Source: a virus. From it: a stretch of DNA of 64,000 nucleotides. Position 1 is the stretch's first letter; each line of letters starts with the position of its first letter. Shown piece after piece: positions 27,151 through 34,605 of the stretch. The position numbers were made by a program, and so were the translations under genes. The DNA lies in IMG/VR virus record IMGVR_UViG_3300045988_157190, positions 32,001-96,000 of that record, one strand, 5' to 3'. The notes beneath the pieces were generated by a model. It was not told the origin of the DNA. It saw only the letters and a list, made by a program, of their open reading frames with translations, and searched no databases.

Positions 27151-27720
27151 TTATTGTTTAGGATCGTCTTTTGTTCCCACCAAATGTTCGTTTCCTTCAA
27201 AAGGGATACATTCATCCCACATACCGGAAATGGTAAAATACTTGCCTTCTTTTGAAATGTGGGAAAATAAATCACAACGCCAAACGTTAAACATTCCTTC
27301 TTCGCAATCCTTTGTAAGCACTTTCTGAAAAGGCTGGAATTTTGGTGTTTCTTGAATCTTTACCGCAATATATAAAGGTATTGAAATTACACCACAAACA
27401 GAAATAGGCTTCTTTGCAGCATTGAAAATAAAAGGATTGTTGGTTGCAACAGAATTTTTGGTTATATCCAAAGATTTTAATTCGTATTTTCCCGGTTCAA
27501 GCATCCATTCGTAAAATATATAAGGAATATCATTTAAATAGATACCTTTGACTCCTGCTTCATCAATAACAAAGCATTTCCCACAATATTCACTTAATAC
27601 TTTTGTGAACGAACAAGGGTAGCCGGTTACACTTACGTTCCCTTTTTCGTCTTTGTTATTGTTGTACCAATCAAGACTTTTGATCCGTACAATGTCACCT
27701 TTTTTAAATTTTGTTTCCAT
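27151..27720 (-). CDS. hypothetical protein; C-terminal domain paralogous to 22838-23560
   Basis: ATG at 27720 (METKFKKGD) is preferred. See the shared C-terminal motif. Confidence 0.6.
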   Translation of the reverse strand: METKFKKGDIVRIKSLDWYNNNKDEKGNVSVTGYPCSFTKVLSEYCGKCFVIDEAGVKGIYLNDIPYIFYEWMLEPGKYELKSLDITKNSVATNNPFIFNAAKKPISVCGVISIPLYIAVKIQETPKFQPFQKVLTKDCEEGMFNVWRCDLFSHISKEGKYFTISGMWDECIPFEGNEHLVGTKDDPKQ

Positions 27721-27757
27721 ATTTTTCTTTTTAATATTGTTTGTTACTATCAATAAA

Positions 27758-27961
27758 TCAATCCTTCTTCTCATCGTTGAACAAGTCTTTTGGAGAAACA
27801 TCAAGAATATCAGCTATTTCCTTTAACCGGTTCATGGTAGGATTTCCGTTCAGACACCTATAAAGAGATTGTCTTGTTACTCCCAATTTTTCTGACATCT
27901 GGGTTACAGAAATACCTTTTTCTTGCATGATCTCTTTGATTTTTAATCCATTTTTCTGCAT
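27758..27961 (-). CDS. XRE/Cro-CI-type helix-turn-helix transcriptional regulator
   Basis: IKEIMQEKGISVTQMSEKLGVTRQSLYRCLNG is a classic HTH_3 pattern. 67 aa. Sits 38 nt from an operator palindrome. Confidence 0.85.
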   Translation of the reverse strand: MQKNGLKIKEIMQEKGISVTQMSEKLGVTRQSLYRCLNGNPTMNRLKEIADILDVSPKDLFNDEKKD

Positions 27962-27998
27962 TAAATTTTTAATCCATTTTCTTTATTCTGCCGCAGAA

Positions 27999-28044
27999 TG
28001 TAACGCTTTAATGTTACATGACAAAACAAAATGTTACATTTTTG
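27999..28044. promoter_or_regulatory. operator palindrome (TGTAACG variant) plus an extra TGTTACA half-site
   Basis: tgtaacgctttaatgttaca at 27999-28018 and atgttacatttttg at 28031-28044, 38 nt from the HTH gene start. Confidence 0.55.
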
Positions 28045-28051
28045 TCGAAAT

Positions 28052-28216
28052 TCAGTCAAAAACTTTTAGTGTCAAAATAACACCAATAAGAACAACTGCG
28101 ATAGGAACAATGATTATTTCATTGTCGGAAGCGCATACTTTTGCCAAACTATCTATTGTAAGATATACCATTACTGATTTGACTAATCTGCTTTCTGTTT
28201 TCCTATCTTTTCTCAT
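28052..28216 (-). CDS. 54-aa ORF with C-terminal TM helix (not in ORF track)
   Basis: Hand-translated as MRKDRKTESRLVKSVMVYLTIDSLAKVCASDNEIIIVPIAVVLIGVILTLKVFD. Lies between two operator palindromes, upstream of the HTH gene. Confidence 0.3.
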   Translation of the reverse strand: MRKDRKTESRLVKSVMVYLTIDSLAKVCASDNEIIIVPIAVVLIGVILTLKVFD

Positions 28217-28229
28217 GCCGGCACAAAGA

Positions 28230-28253
28230 TAAATGTAACAGTATAATGTTACA
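28230..28253. promoter_or_regulatory. operator palindrome, the same 20-mer as at 7999
   Basis: tgtaacagtataatgttaca at 28234-28253. The - strand gives TACATTTA, 13 nt before the ATG at 28216. Confidence 0.55.
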
Positions 28254-28301
28254 ACATTATTAACATTTGTTAAAGTATTTGTTTTTGAATAGGAGAGGGA
28301 T

Positions 28302-28309
28302 TACTTTTG
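28302..28309 (+). promoter_or_regulatory. -7 box TACTTTTG
   Basis: Matches TAnnTTTG, 20 nt before the ATG at 28330. Confidence 0.5.
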
Positions 28310-28329
28310 AAAACAAAAAGAATATAGGT

Positions 28330-28554
28330 ATGGCAACTTATCAAGAAAGACTGGAAGCAGCTAAAGTAAAACTGCAAAAAATTTACCCAGATGCAACAAT
28401 AGAGCAGACTATTGATGATAACGGAAACGCTATCTGGAGAACAAATGTACCGGGAGTGAAAATCATCGAAAGTATGAATATAAATGCTTTGGAAATCGTA
28501 GTAGAAAATCTTCGACAGGCTTATAGAGCTAAGTTGGGAGTGAAAAGAAATTAA
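28330..28554 (+). CDS. hypothetical protein
   Basis: ATG at 28330 (MATYQERLEAAK) lies 20 nt after the TACTTTTG box. The track TTG start at 28267 is unlikely. Confidence 0.55.
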   Translation: MATYQERLEAAKVKLQKIYPDATIEQTIDDNGNAIWRTNVPGVKIIESMNINALEIVVENLRQAYRAKLGVKRN

Positions 28555-28603
28555 CAATTGAATGATTTGATACTTTATCATTGGCGATAAACAGTAAATG
28601 ATT

Positions 28604-28637
28604 GAAAGGTGTGCTTGCGAAAGTGCACCTTTTTCTT
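28604..28637 (+). terminator. Rho-independent terminator
   Basis: gaaaggtg...cacctttt stem followed by tttttcttc. Confidence 0.6.
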
Positions 28638-28678
28638 CTATCTTTGACACGGTTAATTAACTCAAAATAAATATCATC

Positions 28679-29065
28679 ATGAACAGAATTTTATTGACAT
28701 TGACTTTTTTGTTCTCCTGCATTGCTTGCATTTTTGCACAAGGAGAGTTGCCGGAAGAAACAGTTGACTATGCAGCGAACTTTGCAACTTTCGCCGGCGT
28801 AGTAGGTGTTACAACAGTTGTAACGGAGTTCATCAAGAAACTATTCAAAACAGAACCGTCAGAATGGGTTCAAAGAATTATCTCTTGGGTAACCGGCATC
28901 GGACTTGGTATGTTCGCTTGGGGTTTCCATTTGGGTATGTTTGAAGGATTGGATTGGTGGCAAGCATTATTGTGGGGATTTGGAGCAGGATTAGCATCGA
29001 ACGGCGTTTTTGATTCCGGACTTATCGAATGGCTGTTTGGATTGTTTACCAAGAAAAAAGGATAA
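28679..29065 (+). CDS. multi-pass membrane protein (holin-like topology)
   Basis: Signal-like N-terminus plus three hydrophobic segments. Confidence 0.55.
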   Translation: MNRILLTLTFLFSCIACIFAQGELPEETVDYAANFATFAGVVGVTTVVTEFIKKLFKTEPSEWVQRIISWVTGIGLGMFAWGFHLGMFEGLDWWQALLWGFGAGLASNGVFDSGLIEWLFGLFTKKKG

Positions 29066-29145
29066 TCTTCTTCATCACACTTTTTTTGTTTTTATTGGTT
29101 CAGGCGGGGCGAAAGTTCCGCCTTTACTATAATAGGTTTTATAAC

Positions 29146-30324
29146 ATGACAATAGACGAAAAATATACGAAGCTGAAAAGCATTTTCTTTAAAGATTTTG
29201 TAGTAGTGACAGAGAACTACAATTGCCGAGGAACTAATATCCCAGCAAGTAAAGTGACAAAGAGTAACACAACAGGGCTGAAAATCTTATATTGGGGAGA
29301 CGGGACGATCAATATGGCGGAATACCTACATTATTTATATGTAGAAGCTGTGCTGGGGGATAAATCTTGTGTAGATAAAATTTACTGGTGTCTGAAATCA
29401 ATAGAAAGACTTTCTTTGAGTGCCTATGAGGATGAAAAGATGAAGAATCCAAAAGTATATTTTAAATACGAGCCTGGATTCTTCCTTAGAGACGACATAT
29501 CGGTAAATTCAAAAGACCTTTTTAATGCTTACAAAATAGAAAGCGGTTACTCGAACGGTATCGAACTTGAAAATGAAGACCCCTGCTTTTCTCCTTTTGT
29601 ATCACAAGACCAAATTTGGAACTTACTTCCATCTCTTACATTAATAGCGGAGGGGATGGAAGATCACAAAACAGGCATTTTAGCAAAAGAAATACTGAAA
29701 AACATCCTTTCCTATGTTTCTGATCACGGACATACCATTTACAATCCCTATTTCAGTGCATTGAAACATTTTTGGACGTACCTTCCTTCTATGAACACAG
29801 AAAAAGTAAAACCATGGGATAGGGTGTATGATAGGAACATTCATTTGAAATACACAATCAAAGTAAAAAGAGGTGCTAACAACTGGTATTTTGCTTATGG
29901 ATTCAGAAAAACGCTCAAAAAATTCATTCCAGAAGCAAAATTGAACGGTTTTCTGACTTTTTTGTACGGTTTATGGTATATTCCATTCATTTTTCTTGCT
30001 GATAGGGTATATTTCCCTATTGTTACCCGGTTCGGAGCAAAAAGAAAAGACAACTCCTATTACTGCATGTCGTCTGCCGGTGATGTTTGGTATTCCGGGA
30101 GAAAAAGTTATCTCAAAAGGGTATGCAAGAAGTTCAACAAGGATAAGGAATATACCTTTCCCGCGCTTGCAGAGTGCATGAAACAAGAAAAATGGCAATA
30201 TCTGAACCTGGAAGAAATAGAAAAATGGCTGAATGAGTATGAATTTGACGAAAATTCGTTGGAATCACCCGTCAAATTCCTAACTTTGTCATGTTACTTG
30301 AAGTTGATCCAATCGCTTGCTTAG
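29146..30324 (+). CDS. hypothetical 392-aa protein
   Basis: ATG at 29146 follows the hairpin at 29102-29123. The track start at 29029 overlaps the previous gene. Confidence 0.55.
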   Translation: MTIDEKYTKLKSIFFKDFVVVTENYNCRGTNIPASKVTKSNTTGLKILYWGDGTINMAEYLHYLYVEAVLGDKSCVDKIYWCLKSIERLSLSAYEDEKMKNPKVYFKYEPGFFLRDDISVNSKDLFNAYKIESGYSNGIELENEDPCFSPFVSQDQIWNLLPSLTLIAEGMEDHKTGILAKEILKNILSYVSDHGHTIYNPYFSALKHFWTYLPSMNTEKVKPWDRVYDRNIHLKYTIKVKRGANNWYFAYGFRKTLKKFIPEAKLNGFLTFLYGLWYIPFIFLADRVYFPIVTRFGAKRKDNSYYCMSSAGDVWYSGRKSYLKRVCKKFNKDKEYTFPALAECMKQEKWQYLNLEEIEKWLNEYEFDENSLESPVKFLTLSCYLKLIQSLA

Positions 30325-30346
30325 ACAATCAATTCTTTCATGTTTT

Positions 30347-30382
30347 CTCCCGTTCTTCTTTATTGAGGGACGGGAGTTTTTG
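30347..30382 (+). terminator. Rho-independent terminator
   Basis: ctcccgt...acgggag followed by ttttt. Confidence 0.65.
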
Positions 30383-30398
30383 TTTCCATTAACGAGAG

Positions 30399-30422
30399 TG
30401 TAACACTAAAATGTTACATTTT
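30399..30422 (+). promoter_or_regulatory. operator palindrome
   Basis: tgtaacactaaaatgttacatttt, just after the terminator at 30347-30382. Confidence 0.55.
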
Positions 30423-30467
30423 AAAGTAATTTAACTCCATAGACTGCATTTTGTACAAAAACGATAT

Positions 30468-30475
30468 TACTTTTG
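30468..30475 (+). promoter_or_regulatory. -7 box TACTTTTG
   Basis: 36 nt before the ATG at 30512. Confidence 0.5.
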
Positions 30476-30511
30476 CAGCACAATCAAGTAACAACAATAA
30501 AAATAACAATC

Positions 30512-30823
30512 ATGAAACCTTTCAATTTAGAAGAAGCAAAAGTAGGCAAACCCGTCTGCACAAGAAATGGTAGGAGAGTGGAAATCATTTCTTTTGAAAA
30601 TCCGAGCAACAACAACTATCCTATTTTGGCAAAAGTATTTTTCGGTAAAGATGATTATGAAGAATTTACCTTTACAGAAAGTGGAACGTTTTTCGTTGCT
30701 GGTAAAGAATCTGAAGCAGATTTAATGATGACAGAAGATGAAACGGAAATAGAAATCCCTTCACTCTGGACACAATCTTGTACAGAAGAAAACACAAAGA
30801 TCAATTATACAATCAAAAACTAA
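30512..30823 (+). CDS. hypothetical protein; N-terminus paralogous to 24001-24381
   Basis: ATG at 30512 (MKPFNLEEAKVG) lies downstream of the TACTTTTG box at 30468-30475. Confidence 0.6.
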   Translation: MKPFNLEEAKVGKPVCTRNGRRVEIISFENPSNNNYPILAKVFFGKDDYEEFTFTESGTFFVAGKESEADLMMTEDETEIEIPSLWTQSCTEENTKINYTIKN

Positions 30824-30831
30824 TAGAAGAT

Positions 30832-31158
30832 ATGGAAGTAAAGATGACGGAAAGACAAGCGTTGCTTTATGAAGCGAGAAAGAAAAAGCTGTTTAGGGCT
30901 TTTATTATGACCTGTATGTGGGGAGGGTTTGGGCTTTATTACACCGGTAAACCCATTATCGCATCCATCCTGACCATCTGTACCCTGTACAATCTTTTAG
31001 GAGCTGCAATCACCTTATTTAAGGTCGATCTGGTAAACTGTGTCGAATACCTACTTTGGTTTACAGGATTTTGGATTTTCTCAATCCTGATAGCAGTTCC
31101 TTTGGCAGAGGATACAAACAACAATATCAAACGTGAAATCATCAAAAACAACAAATAA
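30832..31158 (+). CDS. membrane protein (TM2-like)
   Basis: FIMTCMWGGFGLYYTGKPIIASILTI followed by two further TM segments. ATG at 30832 is preferred. Confidence 0.5.
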   Translation: MEVKMTERQALLYEARKKKLFRAFIMTCMWGGFGLYYTGKPIIASILTICTLYNLLGAAITLFKVDLVNCVEYLLWFTGFWIFSILIAVPLAEDTNNNIKREIIKNNK

Positions 31159-31159
31159 C

Positions 31160-31753
31160 ATGAAAAGAGTAATTTTTATCAGTGCATTATTTACACTTAT
31201 TTCGATGTGTGGATGCAAGCAGGAAGCCTCTAAAGAATCAGAAATTACCAAAGAGCAAGAAACCTCCAAAGAATTGAACATCTATCAAATTATGGATATT
31301 CAATTTAAAATATTGGATGCTTCTTCTAAAGATTTTTTGGTTGAAGAAGCAGATAAACTCATTCCAAAAGAAGCCTACAGCGAAAGGGTTGCTATAGAGA
31401 CTGGAGGAAAAGCTATAAAATATAGCCTCAATACAGGTTATAAATTAAGTGTAAACGAGGTTTTTGATGAAAAATCAGGGATAGTTCCTTATACAAGTCT
31501 CGAAGCAAAGTTCGATATTTATGATATGGAAGATACAAAAACCTTTATAGATGGGATTCTGGATTATCTGAAAGAAAAGAAAAGGTTAAAGAAAGAAGGG
31601 ATATCCGAGGTTGTAGATAAACCAGATTACAAACTTATTGCCCTTATTTGGGACGGTGGATTCAGTTCAATTGAAATGAAACAAAACGGAGCAATTGGAT
31701 TTGACATTATCTTTATCAACTATTACGACATGAACAAACAGAAAAAGAAATAG
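31160..31753 (+). CDS. putative lipoprotein
   Basis: MKRVIFISALFTLISMCGCKQE is a signal peptide with Cys. ATG at 31160 is preferred. Confidence 0.55.
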   Translation: MKRVIFISALFTLISMCGCKQEASKESEITKEQETSKELNIYQIMDIQFKILDASSKDFLVEEADKLIPKEAYSERVAIETGGKAIKYSLNTGYKLSVNEVFDEKSGIVPYTSLEAKFDIYDMEDTKTFIDGILDYLKEKKRLKKEGISEVVDKPDYKLIALIWDGGFSSIEMKQNGAIGFDIIFINYYDMNKQKKK

Positions 31754-31757
31754 GAAT

Positions 31758-32201
31758 ATGGAAAGGAAAATAAAATACTTTATAAGCAAAAGAAGAAGGC
31801 TTTTGTATTTATATTACGAATGGGATGGAGATGTGATGAAAGCGTTCTTGTCGAACTTCTTTCTGCGAGGTATGGATGTGGAAGTCATTCCCAAAGAACA
31901 AAACAGATCAAATGAAGATTTATTGATGGTAGGGTTTGCTCCAGGAAAGAGATTCCTATTAAGAATAGGTGATGGTATTCTACGTGATCCTAATTGGAGA
32001 GCTGCTAGACGAATGAGAAGAGAATATGGCAGGGATCAAAATCCTTTTCCCGGTCTTGTGGAAGTAACAGACGAAGAAAAGATACGATACATAGAAGAAC
32101 AAAAAGAAAAAGGAATTATCAAATTCGACGAATCATTTGTAGAATCTTTACTACCTTTGGGCAAAAGAGTAGAAAACGAAACAAAAGACCAAGAATTTTA
32201 A
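31758..32201 (+). CDS. hypothetical protein
   Basis: ORF track. Followed by two hairpins. Confidence 0.6.
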   Translation: MERKIKYFISKRRRLLYLYYEWDGDVMKAFLSNFFLRGMDVEVIPKEQNRSNEDLLMVGFAPGKRFLLRIGDGILRDPNWRAARRMRREYGRDQNPFPGLVEVTDEEKIRYIEEQKEKGIIKFDESFVESLLPLGKRVENETKDQEF

Positions 32202-32241
32202 TCATGGTATATGTATAAGATTAAGTTCTGATCATCAAAAA

Positions 32242-32274
32242 GGGTAGGAACTATTGAGAAATACCTTCCTACCC
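32242..32274. terminator. hairpin after 31758-32201 (the T-tract is on the - strand only)
   Basis: gggtaggaa pairs with ttcctaccc, flanked by an A-run on the + strand. Confidence 0.35.
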
Positions 32275-32366
32275 AAAATTCAAAAACTGACATAGTGTAT
32301 TAAATCATAATTTTCACCAAAGCCTCAACGGTTTCTTCAAAATTCTTATTTTACTATTCGATGGGT

Positions 32367-32400
32367 GGGTAGCAGTCATTTGATTTGCTACCCATTTTTC
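32367..32400 (+). terminator. Rho-independent terminator
   Basis: gggtagca...tgctaccc followed by atttttc. Confidence 0.6.
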
Positions 32401-32598
32401 TTTATCTCCACTACCTCTTTTTGACAAGCTTCACACCCCATTTCAAGAACCCCACACCCCCTACGGGGGTTCTTTGTCGATTTAGAAAATCTCTTCATTT
32501 TCACTCGTTTACACTACGTTCAATGCCGGATTTTCCCGACATAATTAACATGATTATATATATACATACTTTTAAAAAAGTAGTATATAATAATCCTT

Positions 32599-32656
32599 GG
32601 AAAATCGAAAATTCGGGAATAGGAGTATTCCCTCATTATTTCGAATTTTCCGATTT
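32599..32656. repeat. inverted repeat GGAAAATCGAAAATTCG / CGAATTTTCCGATTT enclosing AATAGGAGTATTCC
   Basis: Read directly. There is one indel between the arms. Confidence 0.7.
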
Positions 32657-32680
32657 GCTGAACAAATTTCTCTTTTAGTA

Positions 32681-32746
32681 GGAATACTCCTATTAAGAAA
32701 GAAAAAGAAGTGAAAAGAAAAGAACAAAAACAGGATTACTCCTATT
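32681..32746. repeat. direct iteron-like repeats GGA(A/T)TACTCCTATTA(A)AGAAA
   Basis: Copies at 32681-32694 and 32733-32746, 52 bp apart. An inverted copy lies at 32618-32631. Confidence 0.7.
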
Positions 32747-32974
32747 AAAGAAAAGAGGGAAAGGAAAACACGCGCATACGCGCTTGAATGGGAAAATCGG
32801 AAAACAAGACTTAGGGATGGAGGGTGGGAAGGAAACCCTACGGGCGCGCGCGAGACGGGTGCTGTGGCGATGCGCCCTGTGGTGCTTTTTCGCGCCGTTC
32901 TTTGTTTTTGTCGGTTTTTTGTTGTACCTTTGTGGCAAAAGTGATATATTTTTATATTCTATAAATGAAACGGG

Positions 32975-33005
32975 AAACTACGTTGCGAAACGTAGTTTTT
33001 TTTAT
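32975..33005 (+). terminator. Rho-independent terminator inside the ORF-free region
   Basis: Perfect 10-bp stem aaactacgtt/aacgtagttt with a GCGA tetraloop, followed by a T-run. Confidence 0.7.
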
Positions 33006-33091
33006 GTTAGTTTGCTTGTTATTGTTTTTTTTGCTTTCTTTGTACTGTGAGAATTAAAACGATTTGATAACAACCATTAAAAATTCCATTT

Positions 33092-34195
33092 ATGGACTGT
33101 AAAAATATAGCAGCCTTTTTGATTCGTTCTGATTTAGAACGGCAGTTACTACTAAATGAGAGTGAAGGTAAATTTTCGGGCAGAAGAAGGTTTACCAAAA
33201 AAGGAAAAGAGGTCACTCCTAAGAGAAAAACCAAAGGTATTACTTCAAAGATTTTTTATTCAAAAAAATCTCTTTTGTCTTTTCTAAAAGATGCAATAGG
33301 ATGTGAATCTGAAAATCAAGCATTGACGATATTTAATAAGTATGCCGGTGGCATGAAGATTGAACATAAGGTGGAAAAAATTTTTGATCCTTCTTGTGGA
33401 AGGATGAAGGTTATTACTTCCTATCGTTTCGTGATAAAAGATAAATCCTTCTATTCTAAAGATATGAATTTAATTCCTGCTTGCCTTTTGCGTCCCTTTA
33501 AGGCATTTAAAGATACTCAAAGATTTAATAATCGAGAATTAAGACTTGGTTTTAATGAACGTGTTCTTTCGGTCTATCTTGAACTAAAAAGAAGAATTAT
33601 TTATCATGTGTGGTTGTCTGAAAAGAAAAACGATCCTTCTCTCAAATGGGAACCTTCTTTGTTTTTTAGTCAAAAGACTATTGCACGAGAACTTGGTTGG
33701 ACGATAGATCAAGTCAGATATAGCATGAAAAAGCTGAAATTCTATTTTGGAAGGGATTTTTTTAGAGAGCCTACAAAAAAAGAATCAGATTCCCGTAAAA
33801 TAAAAGGTTGCTGGAATTTTCAGATCAATCTTCCTCCTATGCGTAAATGGAACGCTATTGTTGCTAAGAAAATTATTATGTACACAAAAAACGTAGGGGA
33901 TTCTGCTCTAAAAAAGCGTTTCCCTCTTGAAACCTATCGTTATCTTGTTTATGCACAACGTAGGACAAAACGGTATGATTGTTATGCAGAAAATTTTATG
34001 AATAACAGCAATAAAGAATATGAGCGATTATGTAGTCTTGCGAGCACAATAAGGTCTTATTTACAGGAAAAGAAGGAAGTTACTGCCGACTTTTTAAAAT
34101 CTCTTATATTTGACAAACGTCCGCTTACTTATAGAAAGCGTGTACCTCAACCTATTGTCAGAAATTATTATCGAAAACTTTATAAAGCAGCTTGA
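33092..34195 (+). CDS. basic DNA-binding-like protein, candidate replication initiator
   Basis: 367 aa and K/R-rich. Internal HTH-like segment QKTIARELGWTIDQVRYSMKKL. Directly downstream of the repeat-rich ORF-free region. Confidence 0.4.
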   Translation: MDCKNIAAFLIRSDLERQLLLNESEGKFSGRRRFTKKGKEVTPKRKTKGITSKIFYSKKSLLSFLKDAIGCESENQALTIFNKYAGGMKIEHKVEKIFDPSCGRMKVITSYRFVIKDKSFYSKDMNLIPACLLRPFKAFKDTQRFNNRELRLGFNERVLSVYLELKRRIIYHVWLSEKKNDPSLKWEPSLFFSQKTIARELGWTIDQVRYSMKKLKFYFGRDFFREPTKKESDSRKIKGCWNFQINLPPMRKWNAIVAKKIIMYTKNVGDSALKKRFPLETYRYLVYAQRRTKRYDCYAENFMNNSNKEYERLCSLASTIRSYLQEKKEVTADFLKSLIFDKRPLTYRKRVPQPIVRNYYRKLYKAA

Positions 34196-34280
34196 CTATG
34201 AATAAGATTATGATTATATCTGCTGGAAGTATTCATACTTTTGATAAAATAAAAGAGGCTGCCGAATACAAATTTAAGTT

Positions 34281-34604
34281 TTGTGTCATTATAAGTCAGA
34301 TAGAGAGGTAAAGGATGAGTATTTTGGCATTAGGATTAGTTTTGAGAGAAATCCAGTGTTGTGGTATAGACAAAGGAGGGGTAATCTTAGCCCTGTTGTT
34401 ATAGAGGAAATACTAATGAATTTAACTATAGCTGGAATAAACATTTCCGATTATTTTTCGTCAGCACAACAGGATAAATATAAAGCAGGCTTTTGTGGTG
34501 AAAGATGTTACAAAGCTATTTTTAAAAGATTAAGAAAGGATATGGCAATAAAGAGTAAGAAAATTGAAATGGCGAAAACGCCATCTTTTTTAAGGAGGGT
34601 GTAA
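34281..34604 (+). CDS. hypothetical protein (start uncertain: TTG 34281 or ATG 34416)
   Basis: ORF track. Confidence 0.4.
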   Translation: MCHYKSDREVKDEYFGIRISFERNPVLWYRQRRGNLSPVVIEEILMNLTIAGINISDYFSSAQQDKYKAGFCGERCYKAIFKRLRKDMAIKSKKIEMAKTPSFLRRV

Positions 34605-34605
34605 A

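Larger units (their letters stand above)
32202..33091. other. 0.9-kb ORF-free, origin-like region
   Basis: Contains terminators, GC hairpins (ccccctacggggg), an AT-rich stretch, inverted and direct repeats, a G-run tract and CGCG islands. Confidence 0.65.

Noticed and set aside
27927-28232. 101-aa + strand ORF across the divergent control region
   Set aside because: It begins inside the HTH gene on the opposite strand and runs over both operator palindromes. It has no promoter box. The - strand 54-aa ORF is a better, though still weak, candidate.
29102-29123. Hairpin aggcggggcgaaagttccgcct resembling ggcggagcgaaagcgc at 19021-19036
   Set aside because: The shared GGCGG(A/G)GCGAAAG word is short. 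Both are probably just GNRA-type stem-loops (terminator or RNA stability elements). There is not enough evidence to call a repeat family.
32385-33234. Track ORFs 32385-32678, 32693-32938, 32784-33050 and 33019-33234
   Set aside because: They overlap terminator hairpins, repeats and CGCG islands. Their sequences are low-complexity and their starts are non-ATG or poorly placed. They are more likely artefacts of an ORF-free regulatory or origin region.
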